A DNA stretch of 64,000 nucleotides from Macrostomum lignano (Eukaryota): contig NIVC01002886.1 in assembly GCA_002269645.1 (NCBI GenBank), positions 1 through 64,000 of the forward strand. Direction: 5' to 3'. Of the stretch, positions 52,870-64,000 are shown piece after piece; the stretch's first letter is position 1; each line of letters begins with the position of its first letter. The position numbers and the translations under genes are program-made. The notes under the pieces were generated by a model. It had not been told where the DNA came from and ran no database searches. It saw only the letters and a list, made by a program, of their open reading frames with translations.

Positions 52870-54000
52870 TCTCCTCTCCTCTCCTCTGCTCTGCTCTGCT
52901 CTCCTCTCCTCTCCTCTCCTCTCCTATCCTCTCCTCTCCTCTCCTCTCCTCTCCTCTCCTCTTCTCTTCTCTTCTCTCCTCTTCTCTTCTCTCCTCTCCT
53001 CTTCTCTTCTCTCCTATCCTCTCCTCTGCTCTGCTCTGCTCTCCTCTCCTCTCCTCTCCTCTCCTCTCCTCTCCACTCCTCTCCTCTCCTATCCTCTCCT
53101 ATCCTCTCCTCTCCTCTCCTCTCCTCTCCTCTCCTCTCCTCTCCTTTCCTCTCATCTCGTCTCCTCTTCTCTCCTCTTCTCTCCTCTTCTCTCCTCTTCT
53201 CTCCTCTTCTCTCCTCTGCTCTCCTCTCCTCTCCTCTCCTCTCCTCTCCTCTCCTCTCCTCTCCTCCTCTCCTCTCCTCTCCTCTCCTCTCCTCTCCTCT
53301 CCTCTCCTCTCCTCTCCTCTTCTCTTCTCTTCTCTTCTCTCCTCTTCTCTTCTCTCCTCTCCTCTTCTCTTCTCTCCTATCCTCTCCTCTCCTCTCCTCT
53401 CCTCTCCTCTCCTCTCCTCTCCTCTCCTCCTCTCCTCTCCTCTTCTCTCCTCTTCTCTCCTCTCCTCCTCTCCTCTCCTCTCATCTCCTCTCCTATCCTC
53501 TCCTCTCCTCTCATCTCCTCTCCTATCCTCTTCTCTCCTCTCCTCCTCTCATCTCCTCTCCTCTCATCTCCTCTCCTCCTCTCCTCTATTCTCCTCTTCT
53601 CTCCTCTCCTCTCCTCTCCTCTCATCTCCTCTCCTATCCTCTCCTCTCCTCTCCTCCTCTCATCTCATCTCCTCTCCTCTTCTCTCCTCTCCTCTCCTCT
53701 CCTCTCTCTCTCTCTCCTCTCCTCTCCTCTCCTTTCCTCTTCTCTCCTCTCCTCTCCTCTCCTCTCCTTTCCTCTTCTCTCCTCTCCTCTCCTCTCCTCT
53801 CCTTTCCTCTTCTCTCCTCTCCTCTCCTCTCCTCCTCTCCTCTCCTCTCCTCTTCTCTTCTCTCCTCTCCTCTCCTCTCCTCTCCTCTCCTCTCCTCCTC
53901 TCCTCTTCTCTCCTCTCCTCTCCTCTCCTCCTCTCCTCTCCTCTCCTCTTCTTTCTTCTCCTCTCCTCTTCTCTCCTCTCCTCTTCTCTCCTCTCCTCCC
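52870..54000. repeat. (CTCCT)n homopyrimidine tract between the convergent TRPN and SPATA1-like genes
   Basis: Direct inspection. Confidence 0.95.
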
Positions 54001-54526
54001 CACTCAGTACTCGGCAGGCTGAGCACAAAAAGATACGAAGTCAAAGTGGCGAATTCCGTTAATAGCTCGTAAAAAATCTGGATTCAGCAGCAGTTGTTTA
54101 TTGTACACTCAGCAATCACGTGACTTCATTCTCCAGCCCAAACCCTAATCGTCATGAATAAATTCGAAGAAAGTTGGGGAGACAGATAGGCAAATATATT
54201 TCCATAGGGAGGCTAATAGATACATAAATATTCGGAAGCTCATTAAAAACATTCAGTACATGTATTGTAGTCGAATTGTGTCATTGATTTTATATACTTC
54301 TTCAAATGTCAATTCAAAATAAATTGAAGAAGCTACACTTACTAAATACGCAAAAAAGCTTTTAGAAATACAAGGTGTATTACTAATTCGAGAATTATGT
54401 TTGCAAGTTGCGTTATAAGTACGTGAAAATCAGGATACCTGTAGTCAAAAGTTCAGATTTCAGATTTTAGTTCGCTGCTTAAAATTCGAGTCCTTCTCAA
54501 AATCAAAATTGCCTTTTGTCCGACTT

Positions 54527-57500
54527 TTAAGAAACCATCTGGTGACCCATCTGCTGGGTGCGGGTCATTGACAAGTTGAGCTTTCGCTGAGTCAACTCAG
54601 CCTTCATCGCGCGCAGCTCAGCCTCCGCTTGTGTCCGCAGCTGAAATAGATTTTTAATATTGCCTGGTTTATTGAGATTCTGTAGTTTCAGCTTCTAAAG
54701 TTCATATATTTTATATGTTTTAGTAAATGGACAGTTTACATTGACAGTGTACATAGACAGCTCACTTTGACTGTGTACATTGACAGTGTAAAGTAAGAGA
54801 CAGGAGGGATGTGGGACTCTCAGTGTGACTTTTTGAGGGTGTGACTTTTTGAGGGTGTGACGTTTTGAGGGTGTGACTTTTTGAGGGTGTGACTTTTTGA
54901 GGGTGTGACTTTTTGAGGGTGTGACTTTTTGAGGGTGTGACGTTTTGAGGGTGTATTTTTGAGGGTGTGACTTTTTGAGGGTGTGACTTTTTGAGGGTGA
55001 CTTTTTGAGGGTGACTTTTTGAGGGTGTGACTTTTTGAGGGTGAATTTTTGAGGGTGTGACTTTTTGAGGGTGTGACTTTTTGAGGGTGTGACGTTTTGA
55101 GGGTGTGACTTTTTGAGGGTGTGACTTTTTGAGGGTGTGACTTTTTGAGGGTGACTTTTTGAGGGTGTGACTTTTTAAGGGTGTGAATTTTCGAGGGTGT
55201 GACTTTTTGAGGGTGTGACTTTTTGAGGGTGACTTTTTGAGGGTGTGACTTTTTGAGGGTGTGACTTTTTGAGGGTGTGACGTTTTGAGGGTGTGACTTT
55301 TTGAGGGTGTGACTTTTTGAGGGTGTGACTTTTTGAGGGTGTGACTTTTTGAGGGTGTGACTTTTTGAGGGTGACTTTTTGAGGGTGTGACTTTTTAAGG
55401 GTGTGAATTTTCGAGGGTGTGACTTTTTGAGGGTGTGACTTTTTGAGGGTGACTTTTTGAGGGTGTGACTTTTTGAGGGTGTGACTTTTTGAGGGTGTGA
55501 CGTTTTGAGGGTGTATTTTTGAGGGTGTGACTTTTTGAGGGTGTGACTTTTTGAGGGTGACTTTTTGAGGGTGTGACTTTTTGAGGGTGTGACTTTTTGA
55601 GGGTGAATTTTTGAGGGTGTGACTTTTTGAGGGTGTGACTTTTTGAGGGTGTGACTTTTTGAGGGTGTGACTTTTTGAGGGTGTGACTTTTTGAGGGTGT
55701 GACTTTTTGAGGGTGACTTTTTGAGGGTGTGACTTTTTAAGGGTGTGAATTTTCGAGGGTGTGACTTTTTGAGGGTGTGACTTTTTGAGGGTGACTTTTT
55801 GAGGGTGTGACTTTTTGAGGGTGTGACTTTTTGAGGGTGTGACGTTTTGAGGGTGTGACTTTTTGAGGGTGAATTTTTGAGGGTGTGACTTTTTGAGGGT
55901 GTGACTTTTTGAGGGTGTGACTTTTTGAGGGTGTGACTTTTTGAGGGTGACTTTTTGAGGGTGTGACTTTTTAAGGGTGTGAATTTTCGAGGGTGTGACT
56001 TTTTGAGGGTGTGACTTTTTGAGGGTGACTTTTTGAGGGTGTGACTTTTTGAGGGTGTGACTTTTTGAGGGTGTGACGTTTTGAGGGTGTATTTTTGAGG
56101 GTGTGACTTTCTGAGGGTGTGACTTTTTGAGGGTGACTTTTTGAGGGTGTGACTTTTTGAGGGTGTGAATTTTTGAGGGTGAATTTTTGAGGGTGTGACT
56201 TTTTGAGGGTGTGACTTTTTGAGGGTGTGACTTTTTGAGGGTGTGACTTTTTGAGGGTGTGACTTTTTGAGGGTGTGACTTTTTGAGGGTGACTTTTTGA
56301 GGGTGTGACTTTTTAAGGGTGTGAATTTTCGAGGGTGTGACTTTTTGAGGGTGTGACTTTTTGAGGGTGACTTTTTGAGGGTGTGACTTTTTGAGGGTGT
56401 GACTTTTTGAGGTCCATGGCCTAGAGACGCGCTCTATGACTTCTCCCCCCCCCCCTTTCTGGCCACTGCGTGGCTGGCGGGAGGAGTATTTTGTTGTTTT
56501 TGTTGTTGTTATAGACAGTGTACATTGACAGTTCCAATCACATTATCGAATGACAATAACAATGTACACTAAAATTATTTTATCTAAAATTTCTAACAGA
56601 CTAGAATAACGTTTTCAGGGTTGATGCTGTCAACTTTGGCATAGAAAAGTGAGCACTGCCAGCATCCTCTCCCCAACGAATCAGCTCCTCACTTTCACTT
56701 CGGCCGTAAGCTTCATCTTGGAGTCGTCGACTCGACGCTGAAGCTCCTCGATTTCGTGCTGCATCCGCGTGGCCTGGATGCGCAGGTTCAGCTGTGGGCC
56801 AGGGGGATGGGGCGGTTTCTTAGAAATCCAGTTTAATTACGTACCAAGGACCACTAATAATGATGATTTCAGGAGATTGTAAGCACCCTGGCGCTTCAGG
56901 AGACTCCTGAGCACTCGCACACCCGCTGGCCCTCATGAGTGTATAACTGATAATACTATTAACTAATGTTGCAGAGAACACGCCCAAGGCTTTTGACTGC
57001 TTCCTGTCTTTAATAACATGTTCTCTCAAGGTATTAATCGACCAAGTGAACTGAACTCCGTTTGAGAAATTCCTATCTAGCTAAAAGCCTTCATTTAAGT
57101 TACACGGATCTCCAGTCTCTTGCAGCAGTAAACTCACCTGCTGGGTAGCATCCGGTGTGTCAATATTCTTGCCTTCCTTGACTCGGGACGTCATGGTGCT
57201 GACCATCCGCTTATGATAGGACTCAAGCTCGTCCCGGAGTCGGTTGGCCTGGTCCTCGAGTGGCGTGGTCAGCTTCTTCTCTTCGAAGTAGCGCTTCTTC
57301 CACATGTCTCGGGCTGCGAGATTTTTGGACAACTTCAATAGTAATGTTTATTATCTGCATTCTTGATAATTTTATGTTTTCCTTAACTTTCTAAAGCTTC
57401 TGCATACTCCTCCGCAAACTCGATCGCGAAGCCGATCGCGAAGCTCCCTACCTACAGACCCCAACCCAGCCACACCCCACTCCCTACCCCTACAGACCGC

Positions 57501-60500
57501 AACCCAGCCACACCCCACTCCCTACCCTACAGACCGCAACCCAGCCACACCCCACTCCCTACCCCTACAGACCGCAACCCAGCCACATCCCACTCCCTAC
57601 CCTACAGACCGCAACCCAGCCACACCCCACTCCCTACCCCTACAGACCGCAACCCAGCCACACCCCACTCCCTACCCTACAGACCGCAACCCAGCCACAC
57701 CCCACTCCCTACCCCTACAGACCGCAACCCAGCCACACCCCACTCCCTACCCCTACAGACCGCAACCCAGCCACACCCACTCCCTACCCTACAGACCGCA
57801 ACCCAGTCCCATCTCACTCCCTACCTCTACAGACCGCAACCCAGCCCCATCTCACTCCCTACCCCTACAGACCGCAACCCAGCCCCATCTCACTCCCTAC
57901 CTCTACAGACCGCAACCCAGCCCCATCTCACTCCCTACCCCTACAGACCACAACCCAGCTCCACCTTATTCCCAATCCTCAGCTACGGACCCTCAACTTT
58001 GCCTCCCCTATTCGTCCTGGGTCTACGACGTTTGCCTGCGGGACGTTTGCCAGCCGACGCTTGCCTGCGGGACGTTTGCCAGCCGACGTTTGCCTGCGGG
58101 ACGTTTGCCAGCGGGACGTTTGCCAGCCGACGTAGCCGACGTTTGCCAGCCGACGTTTGCCAGCGAGACGTTTGCCAGCCGGACGTTTGCCTGCTGGAAG
58201 TTTGCTAGCAAAAATTTGCTAGCCAATATAAAGCCAGTCAGTGAAAAATTTGATACTGAAATATTCGCAGTTTAACGGTTTGACAAAAACCGTTTTTACT
58301 CAAACTTTTTGACGGTTATTTGCATATATACAAGTTCGAAAGCAAAATCTATATAAATTATGCAATTTATTAGTCTAACATCTAATATCTAGTTTAATAA
58401 CAATTTTCTTTGAATTTGAAAATATAGTTTACTTAATTTTTGACAATTGTGTATCGTTTTTTCCAGTTTGAGATGTTTGATTTTTGATGTGCGAAAGAAG
58501 ACGCGCAGATTACAACGGGAATCTCCAGCGATTAAGTTATGAGGCAAACAAAAAGAGCTGCTGAGCGGTAATTCTGGCTCATATATTTCTCAGTTCATTG
58601 GGAGATCCAAAAGTAAGCAAATTGATTCCAATTCTGTTGTATTACTACTCAAGTAAGCCAGGAAACCGCGATCTCAACGTACATGTGTAGACGAGTCGAA
58701 TGCGGTACGTTTGTATAGTAAGCTAGCTGAATAGCCAGACAAGCCGCCAGTAGCAAGCTAGTAGGACAGCAAGCGCTAGACACTTCGTATACAAAGCTTA
58801 GTCACGCCAAGGACTACTAAAGTAGAAGGACGCGCAGCACTTGAAATCTATGGAAAATGTTTTGAAGGCCATAGGGAGATAGGAAGTTTTCATCTTTTCA
58901 GCACAACAATTGTTATTGCTTTCATACGAGGCAAACCCATTGTTCATCTTTTGATATGTTGTGCCAAAATCGTTGTTAAACTAGATATTAGACGTTAGAC
59001 TAATGAACTGCATAATTTATATAGATTTTGCTTTCGAACTTATATACATGCGAATAAGCGTCAAAAAGTTTGAGTAAAAAAACGGTTTTTGTCAAACCGC
59101 TAAACTGCGAATATTTCAGTATCAAATTTTTCACTGACTGGCTTTATATTGGCTAGCAAATTTTTGCTGGCAAACTTCCAGCAGGCAAACGTCGGCTGGC
59201 AAACGTCGGCTGGCATACGTCGGCTGGCAAATGTCGGCTGGCAAATATCGGCTGGCAAATGTCGGCTGGCAAATATCGGCTGGCAAATGTCGGCTGGCAA
59301 ACGTCCGGCAGGCAAACTTCGGCTGGCAAACGTCCTGCAGGCAAACGTCGGCTGGCAAACGTCGGCTGGCAAACGTCCCGCAGGCAAACGTCGGCTGGCA
59401 AACGTCCCGCAGGCAAACGTCGGCTGGCAAACGTCCCGCAGGCAAACGTCGGCTGGCAAACGTCCCGCAGGCAAACGTCGGCTGGCAAACGTCCCGCAGG
59501 CAAACGTCGGCTGGCAAACGTCCCGCAGGCAAACGTCGGCTGGCAAACGTCCCGCAGGCAAACGTCGCTATCCCATTCGTCCTACATCCTTCCTAACTCC
59601 CACAATACTTCTTAATCACTACGCTGTTGTCCTTGCACCATTTTTCCGCCAGTAATTGCTCATATAGTTTTTGTGTTTCTACGCAGTAAAACAATTGAAA
59701 CTGCTAGAAGTATTTTTTGCAATTTTTTTGTAAAATCCGAATCGAAAGTAAACATTATGATATAAATAGGGTAAAATAGTAACATATTTTTAGTTTGAGG
59801 TTGGAATTACATTGATTTTGTTCATCAATATTTCTCAAGGTTTTATAAGGAACAATCTGGTTCATAATTAGTAGAATTTCGCAGATCACCCGACACGCAA
59901 CAAGTAAATAGAAGGAACTAAGCAATCAGCAATTCAAGCCGTACCAGTAAGACTTTGAAATCCTGAAAGTCAATTATTAATTTGATACTTTTTCTCTTAT
60001 TTTTGTGCCAAGGCAAACTTCGGTGAAAAAAAATTATAAACATTACTGAGAGTAGAGCTAGAAGGAAAAATAGATTTACCTTGATTTCGCATGTTCTGCG
60101 TCCGCGCCTGCAGCTGCCGGGCCCGCCTGATCAGGTCGTCCCGGCGTCGCTCAATCTCGGTGCGATCGTCGCGAATCCGCTGCAGCTCGGACAGCAGCTG
60201 CTCGCCTGTTGCCGAGAGCGGTTAAAAGTACAGAGTGTAGTATAATGTTCATACACTAAAACAACTAGAATAATAAGGTCTGTTAGCACCCCTGTCGCAA
60301 CGCCTTAAACAAAATCGTCCTATAGACAGTGCTGACGGAAATTGTGCCCGTTCCGCTGACTCCTGAGAGCACACAAGCACGCCAATACTGTACTCATGCA
60401 CTCATGCACACGCTCACACAGCGTGGGTTGTTGCGACTTTCTTAGTCACTTCTTTAGTTCACCTGCACTTGTCTCTGTTTAGTTTCTCTCTCTCCCTCGC

Positions 60501-63088
60501 TGCCTTCTGATTGGCTGGCTCTCCATTCTCGCCTCTTTCCTCAGTCGCACACTCCAGCCCCTCCTTGTCTTATCTTGCACTGAATCCCCCCCCCCTAATT
60601 TTCAATGCCTAAATCACAATGTACTGATTTCGGCCCAGCGCTGCCCAATCTCTGACTCATTGTTGTTTTTTTGTGTTTTTCAATTTGGAATTTAACAAAA
60701 ATGACTTTGAATCTGGCATGCATAAGCAAAGTAAGCTTCAAAACTGGTTGAAAAAAAATCCGTCAATGGTCAACAGCTCACATTTCTTTTTCGAATTCTA
60801 TCGTTATCCTAGAATAATTATCGCCATTTTCTACACTGCACTACTGACAGTAACCAGAAACGAGTAGCTTGTTAGTAAAAAATCTATTCAAAACGTTCAC
60901 TGCACGCTGTGCGTTGCCATGGTGCCCATCAGCATCATAGAAAGGAATTTACCTACAGCTCAGAATTGCCTTGACTTGAAGGTTTAATACAAGCGGCCTA
61001 TTCGGGTGCGTACTAACCGCAACCATATCTGCTGGCATCAGTGGCAGAATTCAAAGAGGAAAATTCTCAACAGCAAATTAGTGGACCGCAAGCGAAGGCA
61101 CGCTGCAGTCACTTACACCTGCCAGCGCGGTGGGTGGTCAACATTGGCAGAGGATACATTTCGCTGAAATTTTATAGTATCCAGAGTATTATACTTTACT
61201 TTCAGCCCTCTTTCATATTGATAGCCAATGAGCCTATGCTTTGACAGCGATATTTGGCAACCCTAGCCCTTTAGTCCTAGCCTTAACCCTAACCCTAAAC
61301 CAAGGGGTCCGCGAAGCCTCTCTATCCGGCCCTCGGGTCCTTTGAAACTTCACAATAGCAATCCGGCTCGCTTAAGGTTTGTGTCTTTTCTCAGCTCTCT
61401 TCTCTCTCATCTCCTCTCCTCTCTCCTCTTCCTCTGAGGTCTCCTCTCACTTCATCTCTCATCTCACCTCTTTCCTCTCTTCCCAGCTCTCCCCTCTCCT
61501 CTTCCTTCTCTCCTTTCTCGCCTCATCTGCCCCCTCTCCTCTCTACCCATGCCATCCTTCTCTTCTCTTTCCTCTCCTCTCCACTCTCTTCTCTTATCTC
61601 TCCTCTCTATATCCTCTATTCTTCCCTTTTCTCCTCTATACCCTCTCTTCTCTTCTCTCCTCTCTCTGGCCCTCTCTCTGCTTTGAAGAAAATTTCCAAC
61701 CCCAATCCTAAACTCTAACCACAACCGTAGCTTCTGCCGACCCCAATCCTAAACCCTAACCACAACCGTAGCTTCTGCCGACCCCAATCCTAAACCCTAA
61801 CCACAACCGTAGCTTCTGCCGACACCAATCCCAAACCCTAACCACAACCGTAGCTTCTGCCGACCCCAATCCCAAACCCTAACCACAACCGTAGCTTCTG
61901 CCGACACCAATCCTAAACCCTAACCACAACCGTAGCTTCTGCCGACACCAATCCCAAACCCTAACCACAACCGTAGCTTCTGCCGACACCAATCCTAAAC
62001 CCTAACCACAACCGTAGCTTCTGCCGACACCAATCCTAAACCCTAACCACAACCGTAGCTTCTGCCGACACCAATCCCAAACCCTAACCACAACCGTAGC
62101 TTCTGCCGACACCAATCCTAAACCCTAACCACAACCGTAGCTTCTGCCGACACCAATCCTAAACCCTAACCACAACCGTAGCTTCTGCCGACACCAATCC
62201 CAAACCCTAACCACAACCGTAGCTTCTGCCGACACCAATCCTAAACCCTAACCACAACCGTAGCTTCTGCCGACACCAATCCCAAACCCTAACCACAACC
62301 GTAGCTTCTGCCGACACCAATCCTAAACCCTAACCACAACCGTAGCTTCTGCCGACCCCAATCCTAAACCCTAACCACAACCGTAGCTTCTGCCGACACC
62401 AATCCTAAACCCAAACCACAACCGTAGCTTCTGCCGACCACAATCCTAAACCCTAACCACAACCGTAGCTTCTGCCGACACCAATCCCAAACCCTAACCA
62501 CAACCGTAGCTTCTGCCGACACCAATCCTAAACCCTAACCACAACCGTAGCTTCTGCCGACACCAATCCTAAACCCTAACCACAACCGTAGCTTCTGCCG
62601 ACACCAATCCTAAACCCTAACCACAACCGTAGCTTCTGCCGACACCAATCCTAAACCCTAACCACAACCGTAGCTTCTGCCGACCCTAATCCTAAACCCT
62701 AACCACAACCGTAGCTTCTGCCGACACCAATCCTAAACCCTAACCACAACCGTAGCTTCTGCCGACACCAATCCTAAACCCTAACCACAACCGTAGCTTC
62801 TGCCGACACCAATCCCAAACCCTAACCACAACCGTAGCTTCTGCCGACACCAATCCTAAACCCTAACCACAACCGTAGCTTCTGCCGACCCCAATCCTAA
62901 ACCCTAACCACAACCGTAGCTTCTGCCGACGCCAATCCCAAACCCTAACCACAACCGTAGCTTCTGCCGACCCCAATCCCAAACCCTAACCACAACCGTA
63001 GCTTCTGCCGACACCACTTACGATCTCGTCGCATTTCCTCCTGGGGATCAATTGACGTGGCCTCTTCAATCAGTAGATTAGGAACCAT
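54527..63088 (-). CDS. SPATA1: SPATA1 C-terminal coiled-coil-domain protein; exons 63088-63022, 60205-60080, 57313-57138, 56791-56693, 54640-54527 (582 nt, 193 aa if the ATG at 63088 is the start)
   Basis: All GT-AG with matching phases (1,1,0,0). ARDMWKKRYFEEKKLTTPLEDQANRLRDELESYHKR..LRIQATRMQHEIEELQRRVDDSKMKLTAEVKLRTQAEAELRAMKAELTQRK parallels the SPATA1 C-terminus as recalled (WKKKYFETKK..KMKL..EVK). The 5' end is uncertain. Confidence 0.78.
54820..56412. repeat. 16/14-bp minisatellite GACTTTTTGAGGGTGT with higher-order structure
   Basis: Marker variant TTAAGGGTGTGAATTTTCG at about 55176, 55396, 55738, 55972 and 56314 (spacings 220, 342, 234, 342). Confidence 0.95.
57450..57960. repeat. 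36-38-bp minisatellite CTACAGACCGCAACCCAGCCACACCCCACTCCCTACCC, about 13 copies
   Basis: Direct inspection. Confidence 0.94.
58019..59574. mobile_element. Mutator-like (MULE) foldback element, non-autonomous, 1556 bp
   Basis: 9-bp TSD ATTCGTCCT at 58010-58018 and 59575-59583. Termini GGG...CCC. Inverted arms of 400 bp or more (58019-58410 vs 58970-59574) built from GCCGACGTTT/GCGGGACGTTT subrepeats plus about 210 bp of unique inverted sequence. No ORF. Confidence 0.9.
61385..61680. repeat. CT-rich low-complexity tract
   Basis: Direct inspection. Confidence 0.85.
61697..63015. repeat. 41-bp minisatellite containing telomere-like CCTAAACCCTAACC, about 32 copies
   Basis: CCAATCCTAAACCCTAACCACAACCGTAGCTTCTGCCGACA, period 41. 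Confidence 0.96.
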
Positions 63089-63162
63089 CTGAAAGCAGCA
63101 AAAGTTCAACTTCTTGTCAATAGTAAATAAATATCAACTCGGGCATAAAAGTGATAGACTCT

Positions 63163-63231
63163 GTTGCCATTGGCAACTGACAATTATCCAAGCAACCAAT
63201 CTTTCAGGGGTAGAGGTTGCTCTAGGCAAGT
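63163..63231. promoter_or_regulatory. RFX X-box motifs
   Basis: GTTGCC-ATT-GGCAAC (63163-63177) fits GTNRCC-N0-3-RGYAAC. Near-match GTTGCT-CTA-GGCAAG at about 63217-63231. Confidence 0.55.
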
Positions 63232-63679
63232 AAACTGAGTTTGCTGAGCACTTATCCCAATCATTTGAGGGCTGCAGCAGCCGCGGACAGCTCCAGCTCA
63301 GCGAAGATTTTTTATTTCCCATTTAGCGAGGATGAGGATTTTTCCTCTTCCCTGCTGCAGCTCATATATACTTTTTCTAACTCTTATCGGGCGCATTTCT
63401 CGCACCTGGCGAACCGGCATAGCAACCAGAATTCTCGCGGGCCTTGCGGGTGGAAGCTCAATTCAGTTCCGCAGTCAGCTGCTCACTCACTCACTTCCCC
63501 TTCTCATTCCCTATTATTCCCCAATCCGGAGTTCAACGCCATTTTGAGTCTGTGTGAATTTTTCAGGCTTCAAGTTGACTGTGCAAAAAATGATGAGATA
63601 CTCAAACTCTAATGAGGTGATGCTCAAAATAAGTTTAATAGGAAGCTCAAGTCAGCGACAAAGGAACTGGGGATAGATG

Positions 63680-64000
63680 GGTAGAGGAGTAGAGGGAGAG
63701 GGGTAGAGGGAGAGGGGTAGAGGAGAGGGGTGGAGGGAGAGGGGTAGAGGGAGAGGGGTAGAGGGAGAGGGTAGAGGGAGAGGGGTAGAGGGAGAGGGGT
63801 AGAGGAGAGGGGTAGAGGGAGAGGGGTAGAGGGAGAGGGGTGGAGGGAGAGGGGTGGAGGGAGAGGGGTGGAGGGAGAGGGGTAGAAGGAAATCGATAGG
63901 GAGGGGGAGAAAGATAGGGGTATATGAAGAGGCAGAAAGAGAGGAACAGTGGAGGAATAGGGAGAGGGGAGACGAAGATTAAGAGGTAGAGTGAGAAGTA
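63680..64000. repeat. GGGAGAGGGGTAGA 14-bp repeat grading into GA-rich sequence
   Basis: Direct inspection. Confidence 0.88.

Noticed and set aside
63241-63612. 123-aa plus-strand ORF
   Set aside because: TTG start, no homology recognised, and it lies next to the putative promoter of the minus-strand gene.

Overview
Eukaryotic (animal) genomic DNA, very repeat-rich, with CpG-rich exons and a dense, varied minisatellite load. The style suggests a free-living flatworm such as Macrostomum, but this is inference and not verified. Genes reconstructed by hand from splice signals: (1) a complete 24-exon TRPN/NOMPC-type mechanosensory channel (31971-52393, +, about 1788 aa, about 29 ankyrin repeats); (2) a 2-exon neuropeptide precursor carrying 15 copies of AYFDPMG(Y/S)-amide (29640-30450, +); (3) an intronless type-1 cystatin/stefin (18527-18826, -); (4) an F-box exon (10209-10706, -); (5) a 5-exon SPATA1 C-terminal-domain gene (63088-54527, -) with RFX X-box motifs upstream. 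Mobile DNA: a head-to-tail array of about 3-kb Helitron-like units (1-9721), one unit interrupted by a 2056-bp hAT element (12-bp TIR, 8-bp TSD) that itself holds a 126-bp MITE; a 1556-bp Mutator-like foldback element (9-bp TSD); a 5'-truncated RTE LINE; and five copies of a tRNA-derived SINE. Most unusual signals: a 3.3-kb island nearly stripped of CpG and enriched in CTAG/TAGG, inverted copies of one minisatellite family bracketing a frame-preserving TRPN exon, and the neuropeptide precursor. No prokaryotic features or CRISPR arrays.
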